Source of the DNA: Bacteroidales bacterium
GTDB taxonomy: Bacteria; Bacteroidota; Bacteroidia; Bacteroidales; UBA932
NCBI GenBank assembly: GCA_011620605.1
Contig: WOYW01000005.1
Span: forward strand, 32,232 to 96,231
Length of the DNA stretch: 64,000 nucleotides
Reading direction: 5' to 3'
The translations under genes and the position numbers were made by a program. Shown piece after piece: positions 37,398 through 46,298 of this stretch (within the stretch, counting starts at the first letter, position 1; the number at the start of each line of letters is the position of its first letter). The notes under the pieces were generated by a model, which made no database searches, had not been told where the DNA came from, and saw only the letters and a list, made by a program, of their open reading frames with translations.

Positions 37398-38579
37398 TCT
37401 TGCGCTGGCATAGAGCACGGCATCAATGGCCATGGGTTTGTGAACCCGAAAATAGAACCTGTATTCAGGGACCAGGGTTTTCAGGTAATTGACCAGCACG
37501 GGAAGATCTTCTTTTTTATGGTAGGCAGCCAGGGCCAGAAGCGGTTTATGCTTGAGAATGGTTAGCCGGGCTCCCTGCAGGGCTTTCAGCTCGTTACCTT
37601 CCACATCCATAACGATCATAGTTACCGGTAATGAATCCGGAAGATCGTCTATTGTTGTGGATTCGACGGATACTGCTCCCGGTACGGGGGTTTCCACTTT
37701 TCGGGATAGCATGGTCCCTTCATTCAGAAAGTACACGGTTTCTGACTTATCCGATATACATTTGGGAACTATGGTAACCCTGTCTTCAAGGGCTGCAGAA
37801 CGAATAAACCCTTTCAATTGTTGCACATTCACACTGTCGGGTTCACAGGCAAACACTTTCCTGAATTTGTTATCCGTAACACTCACAAAATCTTTAATGG
37901 TATCCCCGGTAAAGGCACCACAATTGATCAGTATCTCTTCCGTTGTAAGTGTCAGATCATTAATAACCTTATGATCTGAAAAATACTGAGGCCTCCTGAC
38001 GTAAGGAAACAGGTGTGAAGCATCTTTGGTGACCTTGGCATTAATATAAGCCTCCAGGCTGTCTTTTGAGAGCGTGTCTTCCAGCAGGTCATAGATTCGG
38101 TTGAAAGACGCGATGCTGGATGTAATGTAGTCTCTGTCCATAGGTTCCAGGACCCCCCTGTCATATATGGAAGATAAAAAGTTGATTGTATTTGCCCCGG
38201 GAAACAGTGTGTGGTATTTACTCAGGTCGTTGCGGTACCCTCCAAAAAAGCACAGTAATAAGTTGAAAGCGGAATATTGGCGGTTCAATTGCGATATGGA
38301 TAATAAGGGACAGTCAGCTCGGAATCGCATATCATTAATGAATTTATCGTCTATGACCCGACCAGCTGTCTGCAGGCCATTTTCATCTAAATAGATCTGT
38401 GCCGTATCCGCGATCAATCCTATACCATACAAAAATACAGGCAGTCCGGATCGTTTCAACTCTTTAAGCAGCAAATCATCGCGGTTGTACTCCCGGGTTA
38501 TTTGAATATTTTCCACAGTGTGGCAAAGATACGTAATTCTCCGGCAGATTTTTTTTATCTTTGTTACCAACCAAACCAT
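37374..38579 (-). CDS. FkbM-family methyltransferase
   Basis: The C-terminal half has FkbM blocks (INCGAFTGDT, FACEPD, VMDVEGNELKAL). The last ~8 codons are encoded by the right arm of the palindromic element. Confidence 0.8.
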   Translation of the reverse strand: MVWLVTKIKKICRRITYLCHTVENIQITREYNRDDLLLKELKRSGLPVFLYGIGLIADTAQIYLDENGLQTAGRVIDDKFINDMRFRADCPLLSISQLNRQYSAFNLLLCFFGGYRNDLSKYHTLFPGANTINFLSSIYDRGVLEPMDRDYITSSIASFNRIYDLLEDTLSKDSLEAYINAKVTKDASHLFPYVRRPQYFSDHKVINDLTLTTEEILINCGAFTGDTIKDFVSVTDNKFRKVFACEPDSVNVQQLKGFIRSAALEDRVTIVPKCISDKSETVYFLNEGTMLSRKVETPVPGAVSVESTTIDDLPDSLPVTMIVMDVEGNELKALQGARLTILKHKPLLALAAYHKKEDLPVLVNYLKTLVPEYRFYFRVHKPMAIDAVLYASARERGATHT

Positions 38580-38585
38580 TCACTT

Positions 38586-39299
38586 ATGACCGTCAGCCTG
38601 CATCTTTTTGCTTTTCCCGTAAATTTGATAGTAGGATTGTTTATTGTTTCCCTGGGATGGAAATTCCGGAAACTATACCGTGATAAACATATGACCATAG
38701 CATTGCTTTTGTTGATAGCCGTTGCGCTGGTACAGGGTTTTATGCCTGCACATATAGCTTTTACACGAATGTGGCCTTTTGTGGTGGTGCTTACAGTTTT
38801 TTTGATCGTATTGGCCTCGCGCCTGTTTCTGAAGTTCTCCCTGGCAGGATTCGGACTGTGGCTGGCCTTGTGGGCCGGTATGCTGGGAACTGCAGATGCT
38901 TCCGTTACACACATAATGGTTCCCCGCCATGAGTACGCCCGTACCTCGCTGCCTTTCACCTTACGCCTGGAAGATTTCCGGGTAACCAGGTATCAAACAG
39001 GAGAACCGTTGGAATACAGGGCACAGGTTTCACTTCAGGATATCAACCGCAGGGAAAATCCCCCGCATCGCAGGGATGATCTCTCGGACCTCCAGGAATA
39101 TTCAGTGCTCAGGACACTGCGGGTAAACCACCCCGTGAATTATAAAGGGCACCAGGTATATTTGATGGATTACGACTCGGCAAAGGGAGATCTGACAGAG
39201 TATTGTATTGTTATGGTAACACGCCAGCCGTGGCGATGGCTGATCTTTGCGGGAATATTGTTGCTGCTGGGCGGGGCTTTAAAAACATTTGTTTCATGA
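38586..39299 (+). CDS. Compact ResB/CcsB-like cytochrome c biogenesis protein
   Basis: TM helices are followed by a periplasmic block FTLRLEDFRV...LRVNHPVNYKGHQVYLMDYD and a final TM helix. The ATG at 38586 is preferred over the TTG at 38502. An ATGA overlap joins it to ccsA. Confidence 0.6.
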   Translation: MTVSLHLFAFPVNLIVGLFIVSLGWKFRKLYRDKHMTIALLLLIAVALVQGFMPAHIAFTRMWPFVVVLTVFLIVLASRLFLKFSLAGFGLWLALWAGMLGTADASVTHIMVPRHEYARTSLPFTLRLEDFRVTRYQTGEPLEYRAQVSLQDINRRENPPHRRDDLSDLQEYSVLRTLRVNHPVNYKGHQVYLMDYDSAKGDLTEYCIVMVTRQPWRWLIFAGILLLLGGALKTFVS

Positions 39300-40087
39300 C
39301 CTGGGAGCATTTCATATATTTTGCCATTGCGACAGCCTGTTGTTGGATTGCCGGGTCGGTTACGGCTTTCCTGAACCACAGGAATACCTTTCTTTGGTCT
39401 GCTGTGGTATATGCTACCGGAATAGTCGTTTATGCTTCTTTTATTGTGGCTTTTTGGATTTTCCTGCAACGGCCGCCTTTGGTCACTATGGGAGAAACCC
39501 GTTTGTGGTATTCCCTGTTCCTGGCAATGGCCGGGCTGATCACCTACATACGATGGAGATACAAATGGATCCTTTCCCTGACAACCGTTATGGCGCTGGT
39601 CTTTCTTTTGATCAATATTTTACGACCCGAGATCCACAACCAAGTCTTGATGCCTGCCCTGCAAAGCGTCTGGTTCATTCCCCACGTTACTGTATACATG
39701 TTTTCCTACGCATTGCTGGCATGCACCTTTTTGCTGGCCCTGGCAGGTCTGATCCGCCCCTCACTTAATGTGCTTCCGGCCATAGACAAGTTGTGCCGCG
39801 CCGGACTCTCTTTTTTTACCGTAGGCATGTTGCTGGGAGCCCTGTGGGCTAAACAGGCCTGGGGAAACTACTGGAACTGGGACCCGAAAGAAACCTGGGC
39901 TGCCATAACGTGGCTGTTGTATGTTTTTTATTTTCATCTGAAAAGCATACGGCCAAAAGCCTATAAATACATTTATGTTTCTTTGATAGTTGCTTTTTTG
40001 GCGTTGCAGATCTGCTGGTACGGATTGCAATACCTGCCTTCGGCACGGGGCAGCATGCATAATTACGCCCTCAATATAAAACGGTGA
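39296..40087 (+). CDS. ccsA: Cytochrome c assembly protein CcsA (System II)
   Basis: The WWD-type heme-handling motif WGNYWNWDPKETWA is present in a polytopic protein. Confidence 0.85.
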   Translation: MTWEHFIYFAIATACCWIAGSVTAFLNHRNTFLWSAVVYATGIVVYASFIVAFWIFLQRPPLVTMGETRLWYSLFLAMAGLITYIRWRYKWILSLTTVMALVFLLINILRPEIHNQVLMPALQSVWFIPHVTVYMFSYALLACTFLLALAGLIRPSLNVLPAIDKLCRAGLSFFTVGMLLGALWAKQAWGNYWNWDPKETWAAITWLLYVFYFHLKSIRPKAYKYIYVSLIVAFLALQICWYGLQYLPSARGSMHNYALNIKR

Positions 40088-41514
40088 TGAAACGGTTTCT
40101 TAACATAATCTGGAAAATCACAGGATCCGTTATTATTTTGATAGGAACGGGAATCTTCTTCTCGCGAATTGTCAACCAGGTACCTCCTGACGATATGGCC
40201 CTTATGGACCGTGTCAATGTCATAATAGACCAGGGAGGCTGTTTCATTTGTCACGGCGGGCCCCAAGAATTTTGCCAACATATTAACTGGCCGGTTTTCG
40301 GACCTGCCATTCGCAGGGATGCTGAAAAAGGCATCCGTTACGCAGATGCTTCCTATGCCCTGGCATATGTTATTGAAGATTTGCCGTATGATGAAACATC
40401 TTTGGTAAAATTGCAAAAAGCAGTTTCCCAACAAAGTATGCCTCCTCTGAGTTTTTATGTAATACACTGGAGATCTTACCTCACCCAGGATAAAAAGGAA
40501 ATTTTCCTGGACTGGATATACAATCAGCTCTCCACCTATTATGCCCATCCGCGACCTTCTGAAGAACATCCCTTTGAACCGGTAAATCCCGTTCCCGGGT
40601 TCGTTCCTTACGATACTGATAAGGCAGCACTGGGTGAACTGCTTTTTCACGACTCACGACTGTCCGTTGACAATACAGTGACTTGTGCCACCTGTCACAA
40701 CCTCTATACAGCCGGTGTAGATAACCTGGATTTTTCGGTGGGTGTATACAATCAACCTGGGACCTCCACATCCCTGTCTGTTTTCAACGCCATCTTTCAC
40801 TCTTTCTATTTCTGGAACGGGAATGCCTTCACACTGCAGGAGCAAACGTACCAGGCGTTGCTGGATCCGGTAAAAATGGGCAACGACAGCCTGGACCGCA
40901 TCTTTGACATTTTATCTGAAGATTCATCGTTGACTGATCGTTTCCTGGCCTCGTACCCTAAGGGTTACTCAGACTCGACCATTACCGATGCCCTTGCCGA
41001 GTTTCACAAAACCCTGATCACTCCGAATGCGCCTTTTGACAGGTACCTGAAAGGGGATGCCGAAGCCATAGATCAACAGGCGCAAGAGGGATACCGTTTA
41101 TTTAAAAAATTCGGTTGTGCTACCTGTCATAACGGTACGGCCATGGGTGGTACGTCTTTCCAATTTATGGGAGTAGCCAACGATTACTTCCCCAACACCC
41201 GGAAAATAGCACTGGTAGATTTGGGTCGTTATTCGGTCACTTCACTACCTTCTGACATGTACCGTTTTAAAGTTCCGGGACTGAGGAACATTGCCCTGAC
41301 TTACCCCTATTTTCACGATGCCTCTGCCAAAACACTGCAAGAAGCCGTCACAAAAATGGCTTACTTTCAAAGGGATAAGAAATTATCAAAGAGGCAGGTT
41401 CGTGCCATTGTATCTTTCTTCAACACACTGACTGGAGAATTCAAGGGCACTCCGTTAAACAATGTCAACGGGGAAGAACACAAAGATATAGTGGCCCAAT
41501 CCGGCCAAAAGTAA
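40087..41514 (+). CDS. Membrane-anchored triheme cytochrome c peroxidase (YhjA/quinol-peroxidase-like)
   Basis: An N-terminal TM helix is followed by three CxxCH motifs (CFICH, CATCH, CATCH). Di-heme CCP/MauG blocks are present (FHDSRLS, FKVPGLRNIALTYPYFHD). The ATG overlaps the ccsA TGA by 1 nt. Confidence 0.85.
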   Translation: MKRFLNIIWKITGSVIILIGTGIFFSRIVNQVPPDDMALMDRVNVIIDQGGCFICHGGPQEFCQHINWPVFGPAIRRDAEKGIRYADASYALAYVIEDLPYDETSLVKLQKAVSQQSMPPLSFYVIHWRSYLTQDKKEIFLDWIYNQLSTYYAHPRPSEEHPFEPVNPVPGFVPYDTDKAALGELLFHDSRLSVDNTVTCATCHNLYTAGVDNLDFSVGVYNQPGTSTSLSVFNAIFHSFYFWNGNAFTLQEQTYQALLDPVKMGNDSLDRIFDILSEDSSLTDRFLASYPKGYSDSTITDALAEFHKTLITPNAPFDRYLKGDAEAIDQQAQEGYRLFKKFGCATCHNGTAMGGTSFQFMGVANDYFPNTRKIALVDLGRYSVTSLPSDMYRFKVPGLRNIALTYPYFHDASAKTLQEAVTKMAYFQRDKKLSKRQVRAIVSFFNTLTGEFKGTPLNNVNGEEHKDIVAQSGQK

Positions 41515-42405
41515 TAACGCCAGCCAAATCCTTGAAGCGAATAGACGTCTTTCCGAAAACAGGGAAGTGATCAGCAGTGAAGCCGGGATCATCACTAAAG
41601 GCACCATTCCTTGTGCAAAAGCGGGATAAAACACCATCACCAAAGCCGTGAAAACTATGATCCAGAACATGGACCCGTAAAAACGGGATATTGTAACAGT
41701 AGTCGTGGTATCACGATGTACCAGCCGGATAAACAGGGACAGTATGACCAACAGGGAAACCAGGGACACCAGTACTATCCGGGTAATGGTAAAGGAAGCG
41801 AAGGCCCTTGAAGGATCCGGGCCCCTGAAAAATGAGACGGTGTGCATCCAGTATTCGGGTATATCTTTATGGATAAACCACAGAACGGCGGTAATTAAAA
41901 ATACCGGAACTATTATTCCGCCCAAAAAAGCCAACACATCTTTTCCGGACAGTTTTACCATCCGTATAAAACTGATAATAAATGGTATTAGAAGAAACAA
42001 CGCGGGAGTATACATCATCCCCGCAGAGGCGATGAAAAAAGAACACAGGAAAGGACCGGATCTTGTTCCTGAAATAAAGGCAGTATATACCAATGCATAA
42101 ACAGCAGCTGCCGTTAACAGTGAAGCTGCGAACAGGCGTGGGTTTTCATATGTTTGAGGAAAACATGAAACCAGCCAAACGTAACAAACCAGGATCCATT
42201 GTGTTCTTTCCGGTAACAGACCGTAACGGTCGTTTAGAAATGACAGCAGCATTCCCGTTCCCAATAAGAGAAAAACTTCGGGCAAATGAAGATACCAATT
42301 GCAGAAGCTGTTGGTTATAACACAAAATAATACGCGAAATACCGCTGTGATCAAAAAGGAAAACAGGAGTGAGCCCCAGAAACTGCGTTTTATGAATTGG
42401 ATCAT
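41455..42405 (-). CDS. Hypothetical polytopic membrane protein
   Basis: The 316-aa product has about 9 hydrophobic segments. Its 3' end overlaps the convergent peroxidase gene by 60 nt. Confidence 0.5.
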   Translation of the reverse strand: MIQFIKRSFWGSLLFSFLITAVFRVLFCVITNSFCNWYLHLPEVFLLLGTGMLLSFLNDRYGLLPERTQWILVCYVWLVSCFPQTYENPRLFAASLLTAAAVYALVYTAFISGTRSGPFLCSFFIASAGMMYTPALFLLIPFIISFIRMVKLSGKDVLAFLGGIIVPVFLITAVLWFIHKDIPEYWMHTVSFFRGPDPSRAFASFTITRIVLVSLVSLLVILSLFIRLVHRDTTTTVTISRFYGSMFWIIVFTALVMVFYPAFAQGMVPLVMIPASLLITSLFSERRLFASRIWLALLLLAGLGHYIFVFFPVDIV

Positions 42406-42415
42406 AAAAAAGTCT

Positions 42416-43711
42416 TTACATATTCATTAAGTCTTCCCCAATATCTTTACGGTAGTACATATCCCTGAAACTCAGACGGGACAGTTCCCTGTAGGCTTTT
42501 TCCCTGGCCTGTTCCGAAGTAGAAGCCAGTGCCGATACGGCCAGTACCCGCCCTCCTGCTGTTTTTATCTTTTGCTCCCCTGCAGTCCCCATGTGAAAGA
42601 CCGTTGCATCCCGTACCCGGTCCAGTCCCTCAATATCATATCCTTTTTCATAAGAGCCCGGATATCCTCCCGAAACTGTCACCACGGTTACACTATGGTC
42701 ACTGTTCACGGTAAGATCCGTTTTGTCCAGAGAGCGGTTTTTCAATGCGGTGCATGCAGCCGCCAGATCACCTTGCAGGCGCATTACAATAGATTCTGTC
42801 TCGGGATCACCCATCCTGACGTTGTATTCTATAAGATAAGGATCGCCTGCGCAATTCATCAGACCAAAAAATATGAACCCGCGGTAATCGCACCCTACTT
42901 TTTGCAACCCGGATAACGTAGGCCGTATGATCCGCTCCTCCACTTTTTTCATAAATTGATTCCCGGCAAAGGGCACGGGAGAGACAGCTCCCATTCCTCC
43001 GGTATTCAGGCCGCTGTCGTGCTCCCCAATTTTTTTGTAATCCTTTGCCTCGGGAAGGATCTTATAATGTATCCCGTCGGTAATGATAAAAACGGACACC
43101 TCAATTCCGTCCAGGAATTCTTCCACGACCACTTTATTGCCGGCAGCCCCAAATTTTCCGTCCAGGATCTCTTTCAGATGTTCCCGTGCTTGTGGCAGAT
43201 CCGTCTCTATCAATACGCCTTTGCCTGCAGCCAGTCCGTCGGCTTTCAGAACGTAAGGGGAATGCATGGTTTCCAAAAATCGGCACGCTTCCCGGTAATG
43301 GTCCGCGTCAAAGGTTTGATAAAGGGCTGTGGGAATGTTGTAGGAAGACATAAATCCTTTGGCGTAATCCTTACTGCCTTCCAGCCTGGCTCCGTCGCTC
43401 CCTGGACCTACTACCAAAATATTTGAAAGGGCAGGATCATGCAGACAAAAATCTTTTATCCCTTTAACCAGGGGTTCTTCCGGTCCCACTACAAGCATAT
43501 CTATATGGTATTGCAACAGGGCAGACCTTACAGCAGGAAAATATGTGGGCGATAATGCAACATTAGCGACATGCTTTCCGTTTGTTAAAGTGAGAGCAGC
43601 AGTTCCCGGATTGCCCGGTGCCACAAAAAGATCCTCAACCGAAGGTGACTGAACCAATTTCCAGGCAAGCGCATGTTCCCTTCCTCCGGAACCCAAAACA
43701 AGAATTTTCAT
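42416..43711 (-). CDS. purD: Phosphoribosylamine-glycine ligase
   Basis: The 431-aa product contains MKILVLGSGGREHALAWKL and ATP-grasp blocks. Confidence 0.95.
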   Translation of the reverse strand: MKILVLGSGGREHALAWKLVQSPSVEDLFVAPGNPGTAALTLTNGKHVANVALSPTYFPAVRSALLQYHIDMLVVGPEEPLVKGIKDFCLHDPALSNILVVGPGSDGARLEGSKDYAKGFMSSYNIPTALYQTFDADHYREACRFLETMHSPYVLKADGLAAGKGVLIETDLPQAREHLKEILDGKFGAAGNKVVVEEFLDGIEVSVFIITDGIHYKILPEAKDYKKIGEHDSGLNTGGMGAVSPVPFAGNQFMKKVEERIIRPTLSGLQKVGCDYRGFIFFGLMNCAGDPYLIEYNVRMGDPETESIVMRLQGDLAAACTALKNRSLDKTDLTVNSDHSVTVVTVSGGYPGSYEKGYDIEGLDRVRDATVFHMGTAGEQKIKTAGGRVLAVSALASTSEQAREKAYRELSRLSFRDMYYRKDIGEDLMNM

Positions 43712-43810
43712 AACACAAAGTTAAATATTCTAATGAGAGGTGTAACATTATTTCAGGTAATACGTCAATATAACAGAACCGCAAACACAAACTATTAATA
43801 ATTAACAACC

Positions 43811-44290
43811 ATGAAAAAAACACTTTTTACATTACTACTTCTAGCTGGAACCCTAACAGTGTCTTATGCTCAGAACCAACTGAAGGACATCGTCCTGCAA
43901 TTTGCTTCCCAGCCTAAAGCAGAACACATCCGCGTGGGAGGTCTGATGATGCAAACTGCACAAATGTTTGCAGACGATGACGAGTCTGAATTCATTCGCG
44001 GGATCAGGTCCGTATCCGTTCTGTCCCTCGAAAATTGTGATCAGGAAATTAAAGACGCCTTCAGCAAACAGGTGGAAAAATTCAACGATGAAAATCTGGA
44101 GCTGTTGGCCGAAGTAACTGAACAATCGGAAAATGTCCGGGTCCTGGCTCAGATCAACGATGAAACCATTGAACGGTTTGTAGTGATCATAACCGGTAAT
44201 GATGCATCGCTTATCCAAATCAACGGAAAGATTGATCTGGTACATATGGAAGAACTTATTGCCCAGAACACAAACAACACTATTAAATAA
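43811..44290 (+). CDS. DUF4252-like secreted protein
   Basis: A signal peptide is present. The size and ECF-sigma neighbourhood are typical of DUF4252. It is a paralog-like partner of 45397-45867. Confidence 0.6.
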   Translation: MKKTLFTLLLLAGTLTVSYAQNQLKDIVLQFASQPKAEHIRVGGLMMQTAQMFADDDESEFIRGIRSVSVLSLENCDQEIKDAFSKQVEKFNDENLELLAEVTEQSENVRVLAQINDETIERFVVIITGNDASLIQINGKIDLVHMEELIAQNTNNTIK

Positions 44291-44291
44291 A

Positions 44292-44477
44292 ATGAAAACA
44301 ATTCACTGTATTAAAAGAGGTATTTATCCGGTGATAGTCGTAGTAGGAATAACGATAGCCCTTTTGGTTATGGCCTTTACAAAAGACTTCAGTACGGCAA
44401 ATAGTACTAAATTTGCCAATGAAAAATTATCACCCGAAACATTCCAGGAATTAGTTGCAGAAGATAAAAATGTTTGA
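44292..44477 (+). CDS. Small single-TM protein (61 aa)
   Basis: The ATG at 44292 lies 1 nt after the preceding stop. One TM helix is present (IYPVIVVVGITIALLVMAF). Its stop overlaps the sigma factor ATG (ATGTTTGA). Confidence 0.35.
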   Translation: MKTIHCIKRGIYPVIVVVGITIALLVMAFTKDFSTANSTKFANEKLSPETFQELVAEDKNV

Positions 44478-44985
44478 TGCCCAGTCTTTCAAGGATACTT
44501 TCCTGCCATGTCACAAGCAGCTTTACATCACAGCTTACAGATTGCTCAACAACCGGGCTGAAGCCGAAGATACCGTTCAGGATGTATACGTGAAACTGTG
44601 GAATATCCGGGAAAAATTAACAGGAATAGATAATCCGCAGGCCTATGCCACCACAATGATCCGAAATCTTTGCCTGGACAGGCTCCGCTCCCCGGCAAGA
44701 AGAACGGCCCAAAAGGATGCTGCGGAAACCCTAAAATCAGAATTGGTTGACACAGAAATCCAAATGGATCAGAAGGATGAAATTAAGATGGTGATCCGCC
44801 TGGTGGACAGACTCCCGGAAAGACAACGTGAAATTTTCAGACTGAGACACTTTAGCGAATTTACCCTGAAAGAGATTGAACAAATAACCGGCTTAAACCC
44901 GGTAAATATCAGGGTGCATTTAACAAGAGCACAAAAAAATTTAAGGCAGCAATACGAAAAAATGAACCGCCATGGATATCAATAA
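44470..44985 (+). CDS. ECF-type RNA polymerase sigma-70 factor
   Basis: Region 2 (AEDTVQDVYVKLW) and region 4 (RQREIFRLRHFSEFTLKEIEQITGLNPVNIRVHLTRA) are present. Confidence 0.9.
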   Translation: MFDAQSFKDTFLPCHKQLYITAYRLLNNRAEAEDTVQDVYVKLWNIREKLTGIDNPQAYATTMIRNLCLDRLRSPARRTAQKDAAETLKSELVDTEIQMDQKDEIKMVIRLVDRLPERQREIFRLRHFSEFTLKEIEQITGLNPVNIRVHLTRAQKNLRQQYEKMNRHGYQ

Positions 44986-45400
44986 GATTAAAAAGATCAT
45001 GGATCAACATTACGAACAGGTGGAAGTACCTAAAGATCTGGAAGCTAAAATATCAGCTACCATCGACAGGCTGGCTGCAGAGGAAGATGCCGGCAGGAAG
45101 GAGCAGAAAGAACCTGTTCTGATTAAACTGAAACCCCGTTATGCGATCTGGAAAACAATAGCCGTTGCTGCCTCTGTCGTGTTGTTGATAACCCTGGCTG
45201 TTTTTGTACCTGTCCGGGAACCTGCCGTACAATTGGCAGACACCTACACCAACGTGGAAGAGGCGTACGACGAGACTGAAAAAGTACTGCAATACGTTTC
45301 GTCTTTAATGAATAAGGGCATAGATAAAGTGGAACAGACGCATTCCGAGATATCTACTATTAATACTTTGAATAAATTTATAGAAATCAATAAAAAATGA
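44972..45400 (+). CDS. Putative anti-sigma factor (single-pass membrane protein)
   Basis: The 142-aa product overlaps the sigma gene by 14 nt and has one TM helix (IAVAASVVLLITLAVFV). Confidence 0.5.
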   Translation: MDINKIKKIMDQHYEQVEVPKDLEAKISATIDRLAAEEDAGRKEQKEPVLIKLKPRYAIWKTIAVAASVVLLITLAVFVPVREPAVQLADTYTNVEEAYDETEKVLQYVSSLMNKGIDKVEQTHSEISTINTLNKFIEINKK

Positions 45401-45867
45401 AAAAGACATTACTTATTATCCTAGCTGCATTATTTGTAGCCCCGGTTTTTGGTCAAAGCAAGTTTTATAACAAATATGCCGCATACGAAGGCATGACCAA
45501 AGTCTACATATCACCTTCCATGTTCTCCCTGATGGGGGATGATGTTGAGTTGAATGTGTCGGAAGATGTGGATATATCCGGCATCATAAAGAATTTAAAA
45601 GGACTCTATATACTGTCTACCGACAATCCGAAATACATTTCAGAAATGGAAAAAGATTTCAATGATCTGATCAGGAACGGACAATTTGAAGTTCTGATGG
45701 AGGTGGAAGAAACTACTGAAAAAGTGGTTATATATCTACAGAAAAAGGATACCCTCATTTCTGACATTTATATCTGTGCGCGAGAAGACGATGAATTCAA
45801 TATCATCTGCCTTACCGGGGAAATGACGAAGGAAGATCTGAAGAGATTGATGAAAGACGTGAATTGA
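45397..45867 (+). CDS. DUF4252-like secreted protein
   Basis: A signal peptide is present. A 4-nt overlap joins it to the anti-sigma gene. Its length and composition resemble those of 43811-44290. Confidence 0.6.
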   Translation: MKKTLLIILAALFVAPVFGQSKFYNKYAAYEGMTKVYISPSMFSLMGDDVELNVSEDVDISGIIKNLKGLYILSTDNPKYISEMEKDFNDLIRNGQFEVLMEVEETTEKVVIYLQKKDTLISDIYICAREDDEFNIICLTGEMTKEDLKRLMKDVN

Positions 45868-45875
45868 TCACCGGA

Positions 45876-46298
45876 TCATTCATACATCAGCATAACCGAG
45901 TAAGATCCTTTATATACACCGTTTTTCTGTTCTCTGAGATTTTTGGCGCTGGCTGAAAATTTCAGAATTTTTTTATGTTCGGCTTCTTCATCTGAAATGT
46001 ATCCGGAAGCTGTATATGAAGGATTAAAGGCGTCAACTATACCTCCAGTATTTTCCAGATCACCTGAATTCAGGATCACGTTACAGGCAATATCCTGGTC
46101 CGATGCCAGGCTGATTTCACCCAGATTGAAAGTGGTACTCTGGTCATCCATTTGTATCCCCTTTGCCATATTAGAGGTAATGGCAACACCTTCAATGATT
46201 TCGGCCGTAATATGACCCGTACAGGTAATTTTCTTCTGACCATAGAGAACTGTCGCAGACAGAAACAGAAGCAGGATAACAATAAATCTACGTACCAT
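45876..46298 (-). CDS. Small secreted beta-rich protein (DUF4402-like)
   Basis: The product has a signal peptide (ILLLFLSATVLYGQ), the block NLGEISL, and a C-terminal GVYKGSYSVMLMYE. It overlaps the radical SAM gene by 11 nt. Confidence 0.5.
   Translation of the reverse strand: MVRRFIVILLLFLSATVLYGQKKITCTGHITAEIIEGVAITSNMAKGIQMDDQSTTFNLGEISLASDQDIACNVILNSGDLENTGGIVDAFNPSYTASGYISDEEAEHKKILKFSASAKNLREQKNGVYKGSYSVMLMYE

Noticed and set aside
40063-40650. A 195-aa minus-strand ORF
   Set aside because: It is antisense to the 5' part of the triheme peroxidase gene, including its TM anchor and first CxxCH. No motifs were seen.
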